Positions 34,966-46,087 of a stretch of DNA of 48,101 nt are shown piece by piece. The stretch comes from an uncultured bacterium (lineage in GTDB: Bacteria > Electryoneota > AABM5-125-24 > Hatepunaeales > Hatepunaeaceae). The translations under genes were made by a program, and so were the position numbers. The stretch spans positions 1 through 48,101 of the forward strand of contig CAYYHI010000002.1 in assembly GCA_964471745.1 (NCBI GenBank). Reading direction: 5' to 3'. The notes below the pieces were generated by a model. The model ran no database searches, was not told the origin of the DNA, and was given only the letters and a program-made list of their open reading frames with translations. Numbering within the stretch: the first letter of the stretch is position 1; every line of letters begins with the position of its first letter.

Positions 34966-36348
34966 ATGATTGACCCGGCTCCCCAATTCCGTGAAGATCA
35001 CCGGACAATCTGGCGGCTAATTACCGATAAACTGCAGGAAGAGCTCCCACGACAGAGCTTTCTTACCTGGTTCAAACCGATCGAACCGTTGTCCTTCACT
35101 GACCGGGTGCTTCTACTTAAAATTCCGAGCAGGTTTTACTATGACTGGATAGAAAGCCACTACAGCGACCACCTTAGACGAGCAGTTCTGTCAACATTCG
35201 GCGAAGAGATCGAAGTTGCCTATGACATCGATCAAAATCGATCAGCTCAGAACCGTAATCTTGTAAGTGGCTCCCCAAGGACCTTTGAGAATCAATCCCT
35301 TAAGAATCTTTCGGAAAAATCCCGCTTGAATCCCCGCTACAGATTGGAAAACTTTATCGAGGGGGATTGTAACCGCTTTGCGCGTGCGGCTGCGATGTCC
35401 CTGGCGGAAGCACCAGGACGTACGCCGTTCAACCCACTTTTGATCTATGGTGGTTCCGGTCTGGGGAAAACCCACCTGATGCAGGCAATTGGCAATCACA
35501 TCCTCGAAAAAGGTATAACCAGTAAAATTCTATATGTCACCAGCGAGCAGTTTACAACCGAATTCATAAAGAGTATTCAGTCAAGCAGAACAGAATCGTT
35601 CAGTCGCATTTACAGAAAAGTAGATGTGCTTCTTCTTGATGATGTGCAGTTCTTCATGGCAAAGAACAAGACGCAGGAGGAGTTCTTCCATACGTTCAAT
35701 TCACTGCATCAATCCGGCAAGCAGCTTGTGTTCTCGTCAGACCGTTCACCCTGCGATCTTGAGGGTTTTGATGAGAGACTTGTCAGCCGTCTGCAATGGG
35801 GTCTTGTTGCGGAGCTTCGCCTTCCCGAATACGAAACTCGTCTGGCAATACTTAAAAGCTTCGCAATCTCAGAAAATATAGAACTACAGGACGACATTGC
35901 CCACTTCCTCGCTATTCACGTTACCGATAACATTCGTTCACTGCAAAGCGTACTTATACACATGCTGGCACAATCCTCGCTGGTTGGAAGATTTATTACA
36001 ATGGACCTGGCTCGCGATGCTATTAGGAGCCTTGGCAAGCACAACGTTAAGGAGGTAACCGTTGAACACATTCTGGACGTCGTTGCTCGGGAGCTAAATG
36101 TTCCCAATGATCTTCTGCGGTCAAAGACGCGCAAGCAGGAAGTATCAATAGCAAGACAGATATCAATGTTCCTCGCAACTGAATTCACACGCCTTACCCT
36201 TAAAGCCATAGGTCTTCATTTCGGTGGACGTGATCACGCCACAGTCATTCATGCACGCGAAAACATCAAAAGGCTAATCGCTGATGATCCCAGCAAAGCA
36301 GAACTTATAAGTAACCTCCGCCGAAAACTTGAATTAGCCTCTTTATAA
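34966..36348 (+). CDS. dnaA: Chromosomal replication initiator protein DnaA
   Basis: Walker A GGSGLGKTHL, LLLDDVQF, and the domain IV helix-turn-helix region RKQEVSIARQISMFL....GLHFGGRDHATVIHA. Confidence 0.97.
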   Translation: MIDPAPQFREDHRTIWRLITDKLQEELPRQSFLTWFKPIEPLSFTDRVLLLKIPSRFYYDWIESHYSDHLRRAVLSTFGEEIEVAYDIDQNRSAQNRNLVSGSPRTFENQSLKNLSEKSRLNPRYRLENFIEGDCNRFARAAAMSLAEAPGRTPFNPLLIYGGSGLGKTHLMQAIGNHILEKGITSKILYVTSEQFTTEFIKSIQSSRTESFSRIYRKVDVLLLDDVQFFMAKNKTQEEFFHTFNSLHQSGKQLVFSSDRSPCDLEGFDERLVSRLQWGLVAELRLPEYETRLAILKSFAISENIELQDDIAHFLAIHVTDNIRSLQSVLIHMLAQSSLVGRFITMDLARDAIRSLGKHNVKEVTVEHILDVVARELNVPNDLLRSKTRKQEVSIARQISMFLATEFTRLTLKAIGLHFGGRDHATVIHARENIKRLIADDPSKAELISNLRRKLELASL

Positions 36349-36784
36349 AACTAATTACTTCATTACATTTATAACCGTTACCAACATACGCACCTTAACG
36401 CTGTTAAATAATGTTCATTGAGTGTTAATTACCTACCGGATCCGCATGATTCATGCGAAAAATCAACGTTTATAAATATTCACTCTCACAATTTAACTTC
36501 GATGCTAATACCAGCACAAGCTATATATCCAAGCACACATTAAGAATAAACAATGTCTTAATATTTATTATATATAACTTTTTAACATATTCACACTACT
36601 TATTATTACTACTTTAATTTTAATTAATCTATTTTTTATAAAAGAATCTAATGGAATTTAATTTTTCAAAATATCCTCGTGTCTTGAAGTAAATAATTAA
36701 TTATACTTTATTGAATACAGTGTACTTTCTAGTAAATAAGTCCTTACAATCTAAGGAGAAAATTACAATCAGAGGTTATTCCAA
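36349..36784. promoter_or_regulatory. AT-rich dnaA-dnaN intergenic region, candidate oriC / DNA-unwinding element
   Basis: 436 nt of non-coding DNA, extremely AT-rich around 36520-36700. Only degenerate DnaA-box-like 9-mers are present (for example ATATTCACA, 8/9 to TTATNCACA). Confidence 0.45.
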
Positions 36785-37903
36785 ATGAAGTTTACCTTTA
36801 CACAAGCATCAATGATGTCTGGTTTACAGCGCGTTATGGGCGCAGTGCCTGTAAGGATGCCAATGCCATCATTGGGAAATCTTTTTTTCAAGCTTTCAGA
36901 GGGCAAGCTTGAGGTTACAGCAACAGACCTTGAGATCACAGTAATGGCAAAAGTTGAGCTCATAGAATCGGATGGCGAAGGAAGCGTGCTCATTCAGGCA
37001 AAACGTTTTCAGGAACTCATCAGGGAATTGCCTGATGTTCCGCTTGAGATAGATGTTCAGGAATCGATGAAGGTTATACTAAGAGGTGAAGGAGTTGGGG
37101 TTTATACACTTCCAGGTGGAGACCCCATGGATTTCCCTGAGCTTCCGCCTATTGATACCAAGCTGTCGTTTAGTATGGATGGTGAGAGCGTTAACAGAAT
37201 GATATTGAAGACAATGTTTTCTGTGTCGCACGACGAGATGAGACCGATACTTACCGGTGTTTTAATGCAGATAAGACCAAACGAATTAAGGATGGTAGCT
37301 ACTGACGGTCACAGGTTGTCAAGGATAATAAGAACAGGAATAGAATACTCCGGAGAGCCACGTGATGTAGTTATACCCATGAAGGCGTTTAGCCTGTTGA
37401 CACGAAGCCTGGACGAAACAGAAGCCCCAGTCATAGGAATCGCCGAGACCAGAGCCTCCTTCACAACCGATAACCAGCGACTGACAACCAGGCTTATCGA
37501 GGGTCACTACCCGAAGTACGAGAGCGTCATCCCCGAAGACAACCCTCATAAGTTAACAGCAAATACGGACGAGCTGACATCAGTGTTGAAGCGTGTATCT
37601 ATATTTGCGAATCAGATTTCACGCCAGGTCAAGTTAACAATTGATTCCAAGCAGGTTATAATGGAAACTGAAGACCCTGAGCTTGGAGGTCGAGGCGAGG
37701 AGAAGCTCGCAGTTAATTATGAGGGTACACCACTCGAGATTGCTTACAATGCAAATTACTTCATGGACATGTTGAGACAGATCGATACAGATGAAGTTGT
37801 CTTTGCATTAAATACATCCAACGATGCAGCGACTATCAGACCAACCACTCAGAAGGAGGACGAAGATTTCCTTATGTTGCTTATGCCAATAAGGCTTAGG
37901 TAA
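36785..37903 (+). CDS. dnaN: DNA polymerase III beta sliding clamp
   Basis: 372 aa located immediately after dnaA. N-terminal MKFTFTQASMMSGLQRV, ATDGHRL, LIEGHYPKYESVIP and C-terminal LMPIRL are characteristic. Confidence 0.95.
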   Translation: MKFTFTQASMMSGLQRVMGAVPVRMPMPSLGNLFFKLSEGKLEVTATDLEITVMAKVELIESDGEGSVLIQAKRFQELIRELPDVPLEIDVQESMKVILRGEGVGVYTLPGGDPMDFPELPPIDTKLSFSMDGESVNRMILKTMFSVSHDEMRPILTGVLMQIRPNELRMVATDGHRLSRIIRTGIEYSGEPRDVVIPMKAFSLLTRSLDETEAPVIGIAETRASFTTDNQRLTTRLIEGHYPKYESVIPEDNPHKLTANTDELTSVLKRVSIFANQISRQVKLTIDSKQVIMETEDPELGGRGEEKLAVNYEGTPLEIAYNANYFMDMLRQIDTDEVVFALNTSNDAATIRPTTQKEDEDFLMLLMPIRLR

Positions 37904-37960
37904 AGCACACATTTTGAACGCTTCGGTTAGAATTTAGCACAAATTTATCCTTTCAGCTTT

Positions 37961-37990
37961 GGCGGACCGAAGGTCCGCCTTGCCGGTTTT
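37961..37990 (+). terminator. Hairpin after dnaN (weak terminator candidate)
   Basis: GGCGGACC-GAA-GGTCCGCC followed by TTGCCGGTTTT. Confidence 0.4.
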
Positions 37991-38026
37991 GAGGATACTC
38001 GGTACCGTCCGCTCGAATCTCTAAAA

Positions 38027-38389
38027 ATGTCCAAAGTAACATCACGAAAGAAGAAAAAACCGCGCCTTTACGGCTACCTGAAATGGGAGAAAGAAGCGCA
38101 ACGCTGCTTGACAAGCATGTCGATAGGCAATGCTATCGGGGAGCTTGTGAGCATCTTGGGTTATAAGGAAAGGCTCGCTGAACAGGGAGCGATTACGAAC
38201 TGGGAAAGGGCAGTTGGTGAAAGAATAGCTGAGCAAGCTGTGCCGCGTTCCATAAAGAATGGTATACTGAAAGTAAAAGTAAAGAGCCCCGCCTGGCGGC
38301 AGGAACTTATGTTTATCAAAGAGGAAATCCGAAGCAAATTGAATAATGAATTGGGCGAATCTGTTGTTTCTGAAATTAAATTTTCTTAA
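38027..38389 (+). CDS. DUF721 domain protein (DciA-like), in the position usually seen between recF and gyrB
   Basis: W.RAVGERIAEQAVPRSIKNGILKVKVKSPAWRQELMF.KEEI..KLN..LG...V.EIKF follows the DUF721 pattern. The start is uncertain (Met31 is an alternative). Confidence 0.7.
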   Translation: MSKVTSRKKKKPRLYGYLKWEKEAQRCLTSMSIGNAIGELVSILGYKERLAEQGAITNWERAVGERIAEQAVPRSIKNGILKVKVKSPAWRQELMFIKEEIRSKLNNELGESVVSEIKFS

Positions 38390-38445
38390 ATTATAGGGTT
38401 AAAGTAAAAAGAAAGTGTTAACAAAATACTGACATCCACTACGTT

Positions 38446-38520
38446 GTCATTCTGAACGAAGTGAAGAATCTCCAACAGCGGGGGAATGAAAACGAGATTC
38501 TTCACTGCGTTCAGAATGAT
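38446..38520. repeat. Palindromic element GTCATTCTGAACGAAGTGAAGAATCTC / GAGATTCTTCACTGCGTTCAGAATGAT
   Basis: The 27-nt arms are complementary at 25/27 positions. Same family as 34687-34713. Confidence 0.85.
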
Positions 38521-38542
38521 AATAAAAACATTATCATTTTGA

Positions 38543-40533
<1,991 letters not shown>

Positions 40534-40534
<1 letters not shown>

Positions 40535-41448
40535 TGCAGGTTCCACGTAAAATAGACTTTGATGAGTTTATTTGCACCTGTACACCATTGTTGCGCATTC
40601 CTGAACTTGAGGTGGAAATGCGTCAACGTGTGCAGCGTTTGGTTGATGGTTTACTGGATTTTGAACCAAGTGGAAACAGGACAGACGACTTGGTTGAGTT
40701 CCTGCGACGCGATAAGGACTTTTTAGGTGTTCTGCTCGCCTTAACAAACTTGTCTCAAGAGAAGCTGTTACGAGTTATTACTGCAAAACGTTTCGCTGAT
40801 AAAGATTTTAAACCTGAGTGGGGCATAAAACGCGTTTATCGTAAGATATGTAAAGAGAAAGAGTTTGCAGTAGAGATTGCAAAAATGTTTCTTGAAGGGC
40901 GTCAGAACCCAATATTGGCTGAACAAGTCGCAGATTTCTACTTAGATCAATTGAGATTGCCAGAAAGTTGGTTTGACATTATCCGGGACGATAAACTCAT
41001 AGGAAATGTCATCCGCAAGAAACTAACAGGGGAATACAGCGACCAGAAAGGCAAGCATATAGAAAGAATGATTTGCGCACGTTTGGATAGCATGGGATTC
41101 TCTTATCGCAAAGGTCAGGTTCCATTACTTGGCAAAGAAGTCGACATCGCTATTCTGTCACTTGAAGACCCTTATGTGTTGATTATGGTGAGCTATATGG
41201 AAACTACATCCAGCGGTCAAACTACTCGCGCCAACGAGCAAAACAAGATTTTTCAAGATGTTATTGCACGTAACGTTCGCCATAATGAAAACCGTGCTCT
41301 GGTCAACATTGTAGACGGTGCGGGCTGGCTTGCCAGACGGTCTGATTTACGCAAGTTGCATAACGGTTGCCATTATTGCCTGAATTTTAAGAATCTTTAT
41401 TTACTGGAAGGGATCATTCGCTATCACGTACCGTACGGAATAAAATAA
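40534..41448 (+). CDS. Putative type II restriction endonuclease (function inferred from context only)
   Basis: A 304-305-aa ORF with no family recognised. Its ATG overlaps the gyrB TGA (TGATG) and its TAA overlaps the ATG of the DNA methyltransferase (TAATG). A VDIAI...SYMETT segment could be a PD-(D/E)xK-like core. AT-rich relative to gyrB. Confidence 0.45.
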
Positions 41449-42386
41449 TGAAAGTTGATTTGGTCAACAAAATAGTCCAAGGCGACTGCCTGAAAATCCT
41501 CGCCCAATTGGATGACAACAGCGTAGATTTATGTTTTGCTGACCCTCCGTTCAATCTGGAGAAGAAATACAATTCATATAAGGACCATAAATCAAATAGA
41601 GAATATAAGCGTTGGTGTGAGAAATGGCTGGTTGAACTTGTTCGCGTGACCAAGCCGACAGGCTCTATATTTGTCCACAACATACCTAAATGGTTGACCT
41701 ATTTTGCCGCAATTCTCAACGACATCGCCCATTTCAGACACTGGATATCTTGGGATGCAATGAGCAGTCCCATCGGTAAAACCCTGCTTCCGGCACATTA
41801 CGGTATCTTATTCTATACCAAGGTTTCGAAAGGATTTAAGTTTTACGAAATTCGCGCGCCGCATAAACGTTGTCGAGTGTGCAAGTCTTACGTCAAGGAT
41901 TATGGTGGTAAGAGCGATCAGCGTCATCCGTTTGGTTCCTTGGTTAGTGATGTTTGGACCGACTTGCATCGTATTCGTCACAACACTCGTCGCGATCCAC
42001 ACCCTTGCCAACTTCCTCTGCCTCTTTTAGAGCGTATTATCCTGATGAGCAGTGATGCAGGGGATATTGTATTGGATCCTTTCGTTGGCACCGGAACAAC
42101 AGCAATCGCTGCCAGGGCGCTGGGTCGCCGCTATATTGGTATTGATATCGACCCGCATTATGTGGACATTACGATCCAGAAGTTGTCCGCTGTGCAGCCA
42201 TCTATGTTTGAAGGTGTATATGTGTCAATGTATTTAGGGCAGATCGTAACCATCCGCGACGTGGACGCGAAGGTGTTATTTCCACCACAATTAACTTCCA
42301 TTGAAAAACGCCGTCGTAAGTATGTTATAACAAGGGATGCAATTCAGCTTAATGTTGATGTAACAAGAACAGAGCAGAAGGATTGA
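41448..42386 (+). CDS. DNA methyltransferase, N4/N6 beta-class (motif IV before motif I), probably N6-adenine
   Basis: IVQGDCL..L..L.DNSVDLCFADPPFN (motif IV DPPF) near the N-terminus, then HPCQLPLPLLERII and VLDPFVGTGTTAIAA (motif I) near the C-terminus. Confidence 0.9.
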   Translation: MKVDLVNKIVQGDCLKILAQLDDNSVDLCFADPPFNLEKKYNSYKDHKSNREYKRWCEKWLVELVRVTKPTGSIFVHNIPKWLTYFAAILNDIAHFRHWISWDAMSSPIGKTLLPAHYGILFYTKVSKGFKFYEIRAPHKRCRVCKSYVKDYGGKSDQRHPFGSLVSDVWTDLHRIRHNTRRDPHPCQLPLPLLERIILMSSDAGDIVLDPFVGTGTTAIAARALGRRYIGIDIDPHYVDITIQKLSAVQPSMFEGVYVSMYLGQIVTIRDVDAKVLFPPQLTSIEKRRRKYVITRDAIQLNVDVTRTEQKD

Positions 42387-42459
42387 ATTCACCATTACTC
42401 TATTACCCTGCAACCGCCACTCATAAATGACGGGAAATCAAAGGATAAAGGAGCAAATA

Positions 42460-43056
42460 ATGTCTCTGATGCTCGCAGACAGCCGTGACCATGCGCTGAC
42501 AGCACTGGTCATCAAAGAAGCGCATCAAGCATCAGCTCAAGGTGGGGGATTCGTTGGCAGGACTGCCGTCCAGAAGATAATGTACTTCCTCAAGGCTCTC
42601 GGTGTGCCGATGAATTACAAGTTCCGCTTGCATCACTATGGACCGTATTCTGATGATTTGCGGGACGATGTGGATTGTCTCCTGGCAGACGATGCTATAG
42701 AAGATACTTCCACAGATCAAGAGAGATATTCAAATTTTCAACCTTCAACAGAGTGTGAGAGTCTGCTTGACAGTTACCAGTCAAAGTTTGCTGAACACAA
42801 AGATGTGATAGCAAGTATTTCCCATTATCTTGCACAATTTCAACCGGATGAGTTGGAGCTCATAATGACTTTGGACTATCTCTACCGTGTTGAGAGGGCT
42901 AAGCAACCTAAGGGAGACATTAAAGAAACCGTCTTGGATCGATTTATGGATCTCAAGGGTAATAAACCTAGGAAGACCGTAACCTTGGATAAGGAGACGG
43001 TAAGTGATTGGTACGATAGGTACGACAAAATGGTCGAACTGGGACTATTTGAGTAG
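42460..43056 (+). CDS. Uncharacterised protein X1, paralog of 45438-45986 (possibly DUF4065/Panacea- or YwgA-like)
   Basis: The ORF track starts at 42427; ATG 42460 follows RBS AAGGAG. The shared core with X2 is GRTAVQKIMYFLKALGVPMNYKFRLHHYGPYSDDLRDD versus GETHLQKAVYFLKEVFRAPIDFEYILYKYGPFSFELRDE. Confidence 0.6.
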   Translation: MSLMLADSRDHALTALVIKEAHQASAQGGGFVGRTAVQKIMYFLKALGVPMNYKFRLHHYGPYSDDLRDDVDCLLADDAIEDTSTDQERYSNFQPSTECESLLDSYQSKFAEHKDVIASISHYLAQFQPDELELIMTLDYLYRVERAKQPKGDIKETVLDRFMDLKGNKPRKTVTLDKETVSDWYDRYDKMVELGLFE

Positions 43057-43173
43057 TACTACGAGTGACTAAAACTTCATACAAACCTTGAATGAATTAT
43101 CCTTGAATCCGCTATGAGATTAATGATTAGATATTCTACACCGTTTATCTATGATAATTAACTTTCTTATCCT

Positions 43174-44019
43174 GTGAAGCCACAACTATCGTCCGAACAG
43201 TCATCTCATATCAAGAGCCTCGTCTCCTCCCAATCCCTCCCTGACGGCGTCTTGGAAGCGCTGGCGTTGGTGGTGCGTATCATGGCACACCTGCGTGCGC
43301 CGGGTGGTTGCCCGTGGGATGCGGCTCAGACGCGGGAGTCGCTCTTGAAGAACCTCCTCGAAGAGACTTACGAGGTCATCAATGCGGTGGAGAGCGGGGA
43401 CATTGAAGGTATGAAGGAGGAGTTGGGCGATCTCCTGCTGCAGGTCGTTTTTCACGCCCTTATCGCTTCCGAGAGGGACGAATTCGATCTTGGCGATGTG
43501 GCTCGAACCTTGTCGGATAAGCTGATCCGCCGACATCCACACGTTTTCGGTGAAGTGAAGGCTAACAACGAAGAGGAAGCGCTTGCATCCTGGAACGCTG
43601 CCAAGAGCGCTGAGGGGGATCATACGACGAGCCTGGCTGCAGTACCGGTAACCCTTCCAGCACTTCTGAGGGCACGTAAGGTTGTAGACAAGGCGGGTAG
43701 TGTCGGTTTCGAGTGGTCAAATATCAGCGACGCGCTGGACAAGCTCGACGAGGAGGTCGGCGAGTTGCGTCGGGCGGTGAACGAGGGGGACGATAAGCAG
43801 ATCAGGGACGAGCTTGGCGATGTATTATTCATGACGGCGTGTGTTGCCAGGTATATCCATGAATGCCCGGAACTCGCGCTGCAGTCGACGATCGAGAAGT
43901 TCCTGAAACGCTTCAAGTACATCGAGAAAAGGCTCGCCGAAAAGGGCTCGTCCCCCGAACAGTCAACCCTCGAAGAGATGGATAGTTATTGGGATGAGGC
44001 GAAGGGGAAGGAGAAATAG
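43174..44019 (+). CDS. mazG: Nucleoside triphosphate pyrophosphohydrolase MazG (tandem MazG domains)
   Basis: LRAPGGCPWD..QT..SL...LLEETYEV..A......ELGDLLLQVVFHA and RRHPHVF, with a second domain ELGDVLFMTACVARY. GTG start. Confidence 0.9.
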   Translation: MKPQLSSEQSSHIKSLVSSQSLPDGVLEALALVVRIMAHLRAPGGCPWDAAQTRESLLKNLLEETYEVINAVESGDIEGMKEELGDLLLQVVFHALIASERDEFDLGDVARTLSDKLIRRHPHVFGEVKANNEEEALASWNAAKSAEGDHTTSLAAVPVTLPALLRARKVVDKAGSVGFEWSNISDALDKLDEEVGELRRAVNEGDDKQIRDELGDVLFMTACVARYIHECPELALQSTIEKFLKRFKYIEKRLAEKGSSPEQSTLEEMDSYWDEAKGKEK

Positions 44020-44057
44020 AAAAAGTTTTGTAAATAGTAAATATCTTTATTTAAAGC

Positions 44058-44086
44058 TTGACAAAGATACTGCACATTTGTATACT
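44058..44086 (+). promoter_or_regulatory. Near-consensus sigma-70 promoter of the HD-X2 operon
   Basis: TTGACA-N17-TATACT, 49 nt upstream of ATG 44135. Confidence 0.55.
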
Positions 44087-44134
44087 TATAGAAAGATATG
44101 GTTCTATGATGTATTTTTACATTGAGTAAACGTA

Positions 44135-45424
44135 ATGAAAAAGCTTTATCACGAAATACGCGACCCGATCCATATGTTTGTCAGGCTGAAGGATGATGAG
44201 AGGAAAGTTTTAGACTCCGAACCTATTCAGCGCTTACGTTATATCCATCAGCTTGGATTGACTTACTTACTATATCCCGGTGCAACACATAAACGATTTG
44301 AACATTCATTGGGTGTAATGGAACTCGCAAGTAGAGTATTTGATGTGGTTACTAACCCAGTAGAGAAAACGGATGAAATTAAAGATGTTTTACCAGAGGT
44401 TACAGATCGGGTTGCTTTAAGTTATTGGAGACAAGTAGTTCGAATGGCGGCTCTTTGTCATGATATTGGTCATTTGCCGTTTTCACATTCTGCTGAAGAA
44501 CAGCTTTTACCAGAAGGATGGGATCATGAGAGAATAACCTTCGATGTGATAAGTAAAGAGTTAGGATCAATCTGGGGGAAATTTATTCCACCTCTAAAAC
44601 CTGAATTGGTTGCGAAGATAGCAGTAGGGCCCAAGAAGGCTAAACACTTGGAATTTACGCTCTGGGAAACGATTCTATCGGAAATCATTACAGGTGATGC
44701 TTTTGGTGTTGACAGAATAGACTACCTGCTTCGCGATTCTCTCCATGTCGGTGTTGCGTATGGTAAATTTGACCATTATAGGCTTATTGACACGCTTAAG
44801 ATTCTTATCTCACGCAGCGATAATGAACCTACTATAGGTATAGAAAGTGGTGGATTACATGGAGCGGAAGCGTTACTATTGGCAAGATACTTCATGTTTA
44901 TGCAGGTGTATTATCATCGTATTCGTTGCATTTATGACAAGCACTTGGAAGATTTCCTTAAGGCATGGTTACCAAAAGGCAAATTCCCAACAGGTTTTAA
45001 GAAGTTAAAGAAATATACCGATAACTTCATCCTCAACGCTTTAACGGATCATAAGTATTCGAAAGAACCGATTCTTAACGAATTAGCAGACCGTATTGTT
45101 AATAGACGTCATTTTAAAATGGTTTATGAACTTAATCCGGTGGATTTTGAGAAGAATAATTACGCCAGTCAACTTATTAACAAAGCTTTATGTTCAGAAT
45201 TTGATAAAGGGATGGTTAGATACGTCAGAATACCAGGTAAAGGGGGAGATGTATCATTTCCTGTTGAGGAGAGTGATGGTCAAGTAGTTACATCCTTGAA
45301 AAAATCTCAAGTCTTAGGTAAATTACCCGTTACAAAAGTTGAATTCGTCTATGTTCATCCTGATATTGAGGACAAGGCGAAGAGTTGGCTGAGTGTCAAC
45401 CGTGAAGATATTCTGAAAGCCTGA
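44135..45424 (+). CDS. HD-domain phosphohydrolase, SAMHD1/EF1143/YwfO-type (putative dNTP triphosphohydrolase)
   Basis: IRDPIHMFV....E...LDS.PIQRLRYIHQLG, RFEHSLGV (His), LCHDIGHLPFSH (HD) and DRIDYLLRDS (Asp), which is the COG1078-like architecture. 429 aa. Confidence 0.85.
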   Translation: MKKLYHEIRDPIHMFVRLKDDERKVLDSEPIQRLRYIHQLGLTYLLYPGATHKRFEHSLGVMELASRVFDVVTNPVEKTDEIKDVLPEVTDRVALSYWRQVVRMAALCHDIGHLPFSHSAEEQLLPEGWDHERITFDVISKELGSIWGKFIPPLKPELVAKIAVGPKKAKHLEFTLWETILSEIITGDAFGVDRIDYLLRDSLHVGVAYGKFDHYRLIDTLKILISRSDNEPTIGIESGGLHGAEALLLARYFMFMQVYYHRIRCIYDKHLEDFLKAWLPKGKFPTGFKKLKKYTDNFILNALTDHKYSKEPILNELADRIVNRRHFKMVYELNPVDFEKNNYASQLINKALCSEFDKGMVRYVRIPGKGGDVSFPVEESDGQVVTSLKKSQVLGKLPVTKVEFVYVHPDIEDKAKSWLSVNREDILKA

Positions 45425-45437
45425 AAGGAGGAGGACA

Positions 45438-45986
45438 GTGGAGCGTAATCAAAGGTATGCTCTAATCTTAACACAGGCAAGAGAGATGCTTAATAAAGGT
45501 AGCTGGTGTGGGGAAACACATCTGCAAAAGGCGGTTTACTTCCTAAAAGAAGTATTTCGTGCGCCAATAGATTTTGAGTATATACTTTATAAATACGGTC
45601 CTTTTTCTTTTGAACTGAGGGATGAACTTACAGAGATGAGAGCCTGCAGTTTATTTGACCTGATGGTTAAGGAAGCAGGTTATGGTCCAAGTTATGTCCC
45701 AACACCAAAGGGAGGAGAGTTCCTTGAAAAGCATCAAGGAACGATCAGCGATAACCTTCAAAGTATCGATGAGATTAGTGAAATACTTAGTGATAAGGGA
45801 GTGAAGGAGCTCGAAGGAATGGCAACAGCATTATGGATTATTAGAAATGAAAAAGCTGTTGGTCAGGATCTGGATGCAATAACCAAGAAAGTAACAAAAT
45901 ACAAACCTCAAATCAATGCTGATGATGCAAGGAAATCCGCAGAATTAACCTTGCAGATAATATCGGACGCGAATAAGTCTATGTAA
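45438..45986 (+). CDS. Uncharacterised protein X2, co-transcribed partner of the HD phosphohydrolase; paralog of X1
   Basis: A GTG start 13 nt after the HD stop, preceded by AAAGGAGGAGGA. The core is LQKAVYFLKEV....P..F.Y.LYKYGPFSFELRDEL. No catalytic motif recognised. Confidence 0.7.
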   Translation: MERNQRYALILTQAREMLNKGSWCGETHLQKAVYFLKEVFRAPIDFEYILYKYGPFSFELRDELTEMRACSLFDLMVKEAGYGPSYVPTPKGGEFLEKHQGTISDNLQSIDEISEILSDKGVKELEGMATALWIIRNEKAVGQDLDAITKKVTKYKPQINADDARKSAELTLQIISDANKSM

Positions 45987-46087
45987 GGAAAAAGATTAAG
46001 TAGCATATTTTACTATTGTCCCTATAAACCTATAAGCTATTCGCGGATCCGCGTTTAAATCGATCTTTTTCTTCAATTAGCCGACTC

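Noticed and set aside
36349-36784. Calling specific DnaA boxes in the dnaA-dnaN spacer.
   Set aside because: There is no perfect TTATCCACA/TGTGGATAA, only isolated 8/9 or weaker matches that are expected by chance in AT-rich DNA. I kept only the region-level oriC/DUE suggestion.
43174-44019. mazG as an integral component of the putative defence module.
   Set aside because: It is a full-length tandem-domain housekeeping-type MazG with clearly higher G+C than the flanking R-M/X1 and HD/X2 units, and there is a separate promoter for HD. It is more likely a native gene flanked by two insertions.
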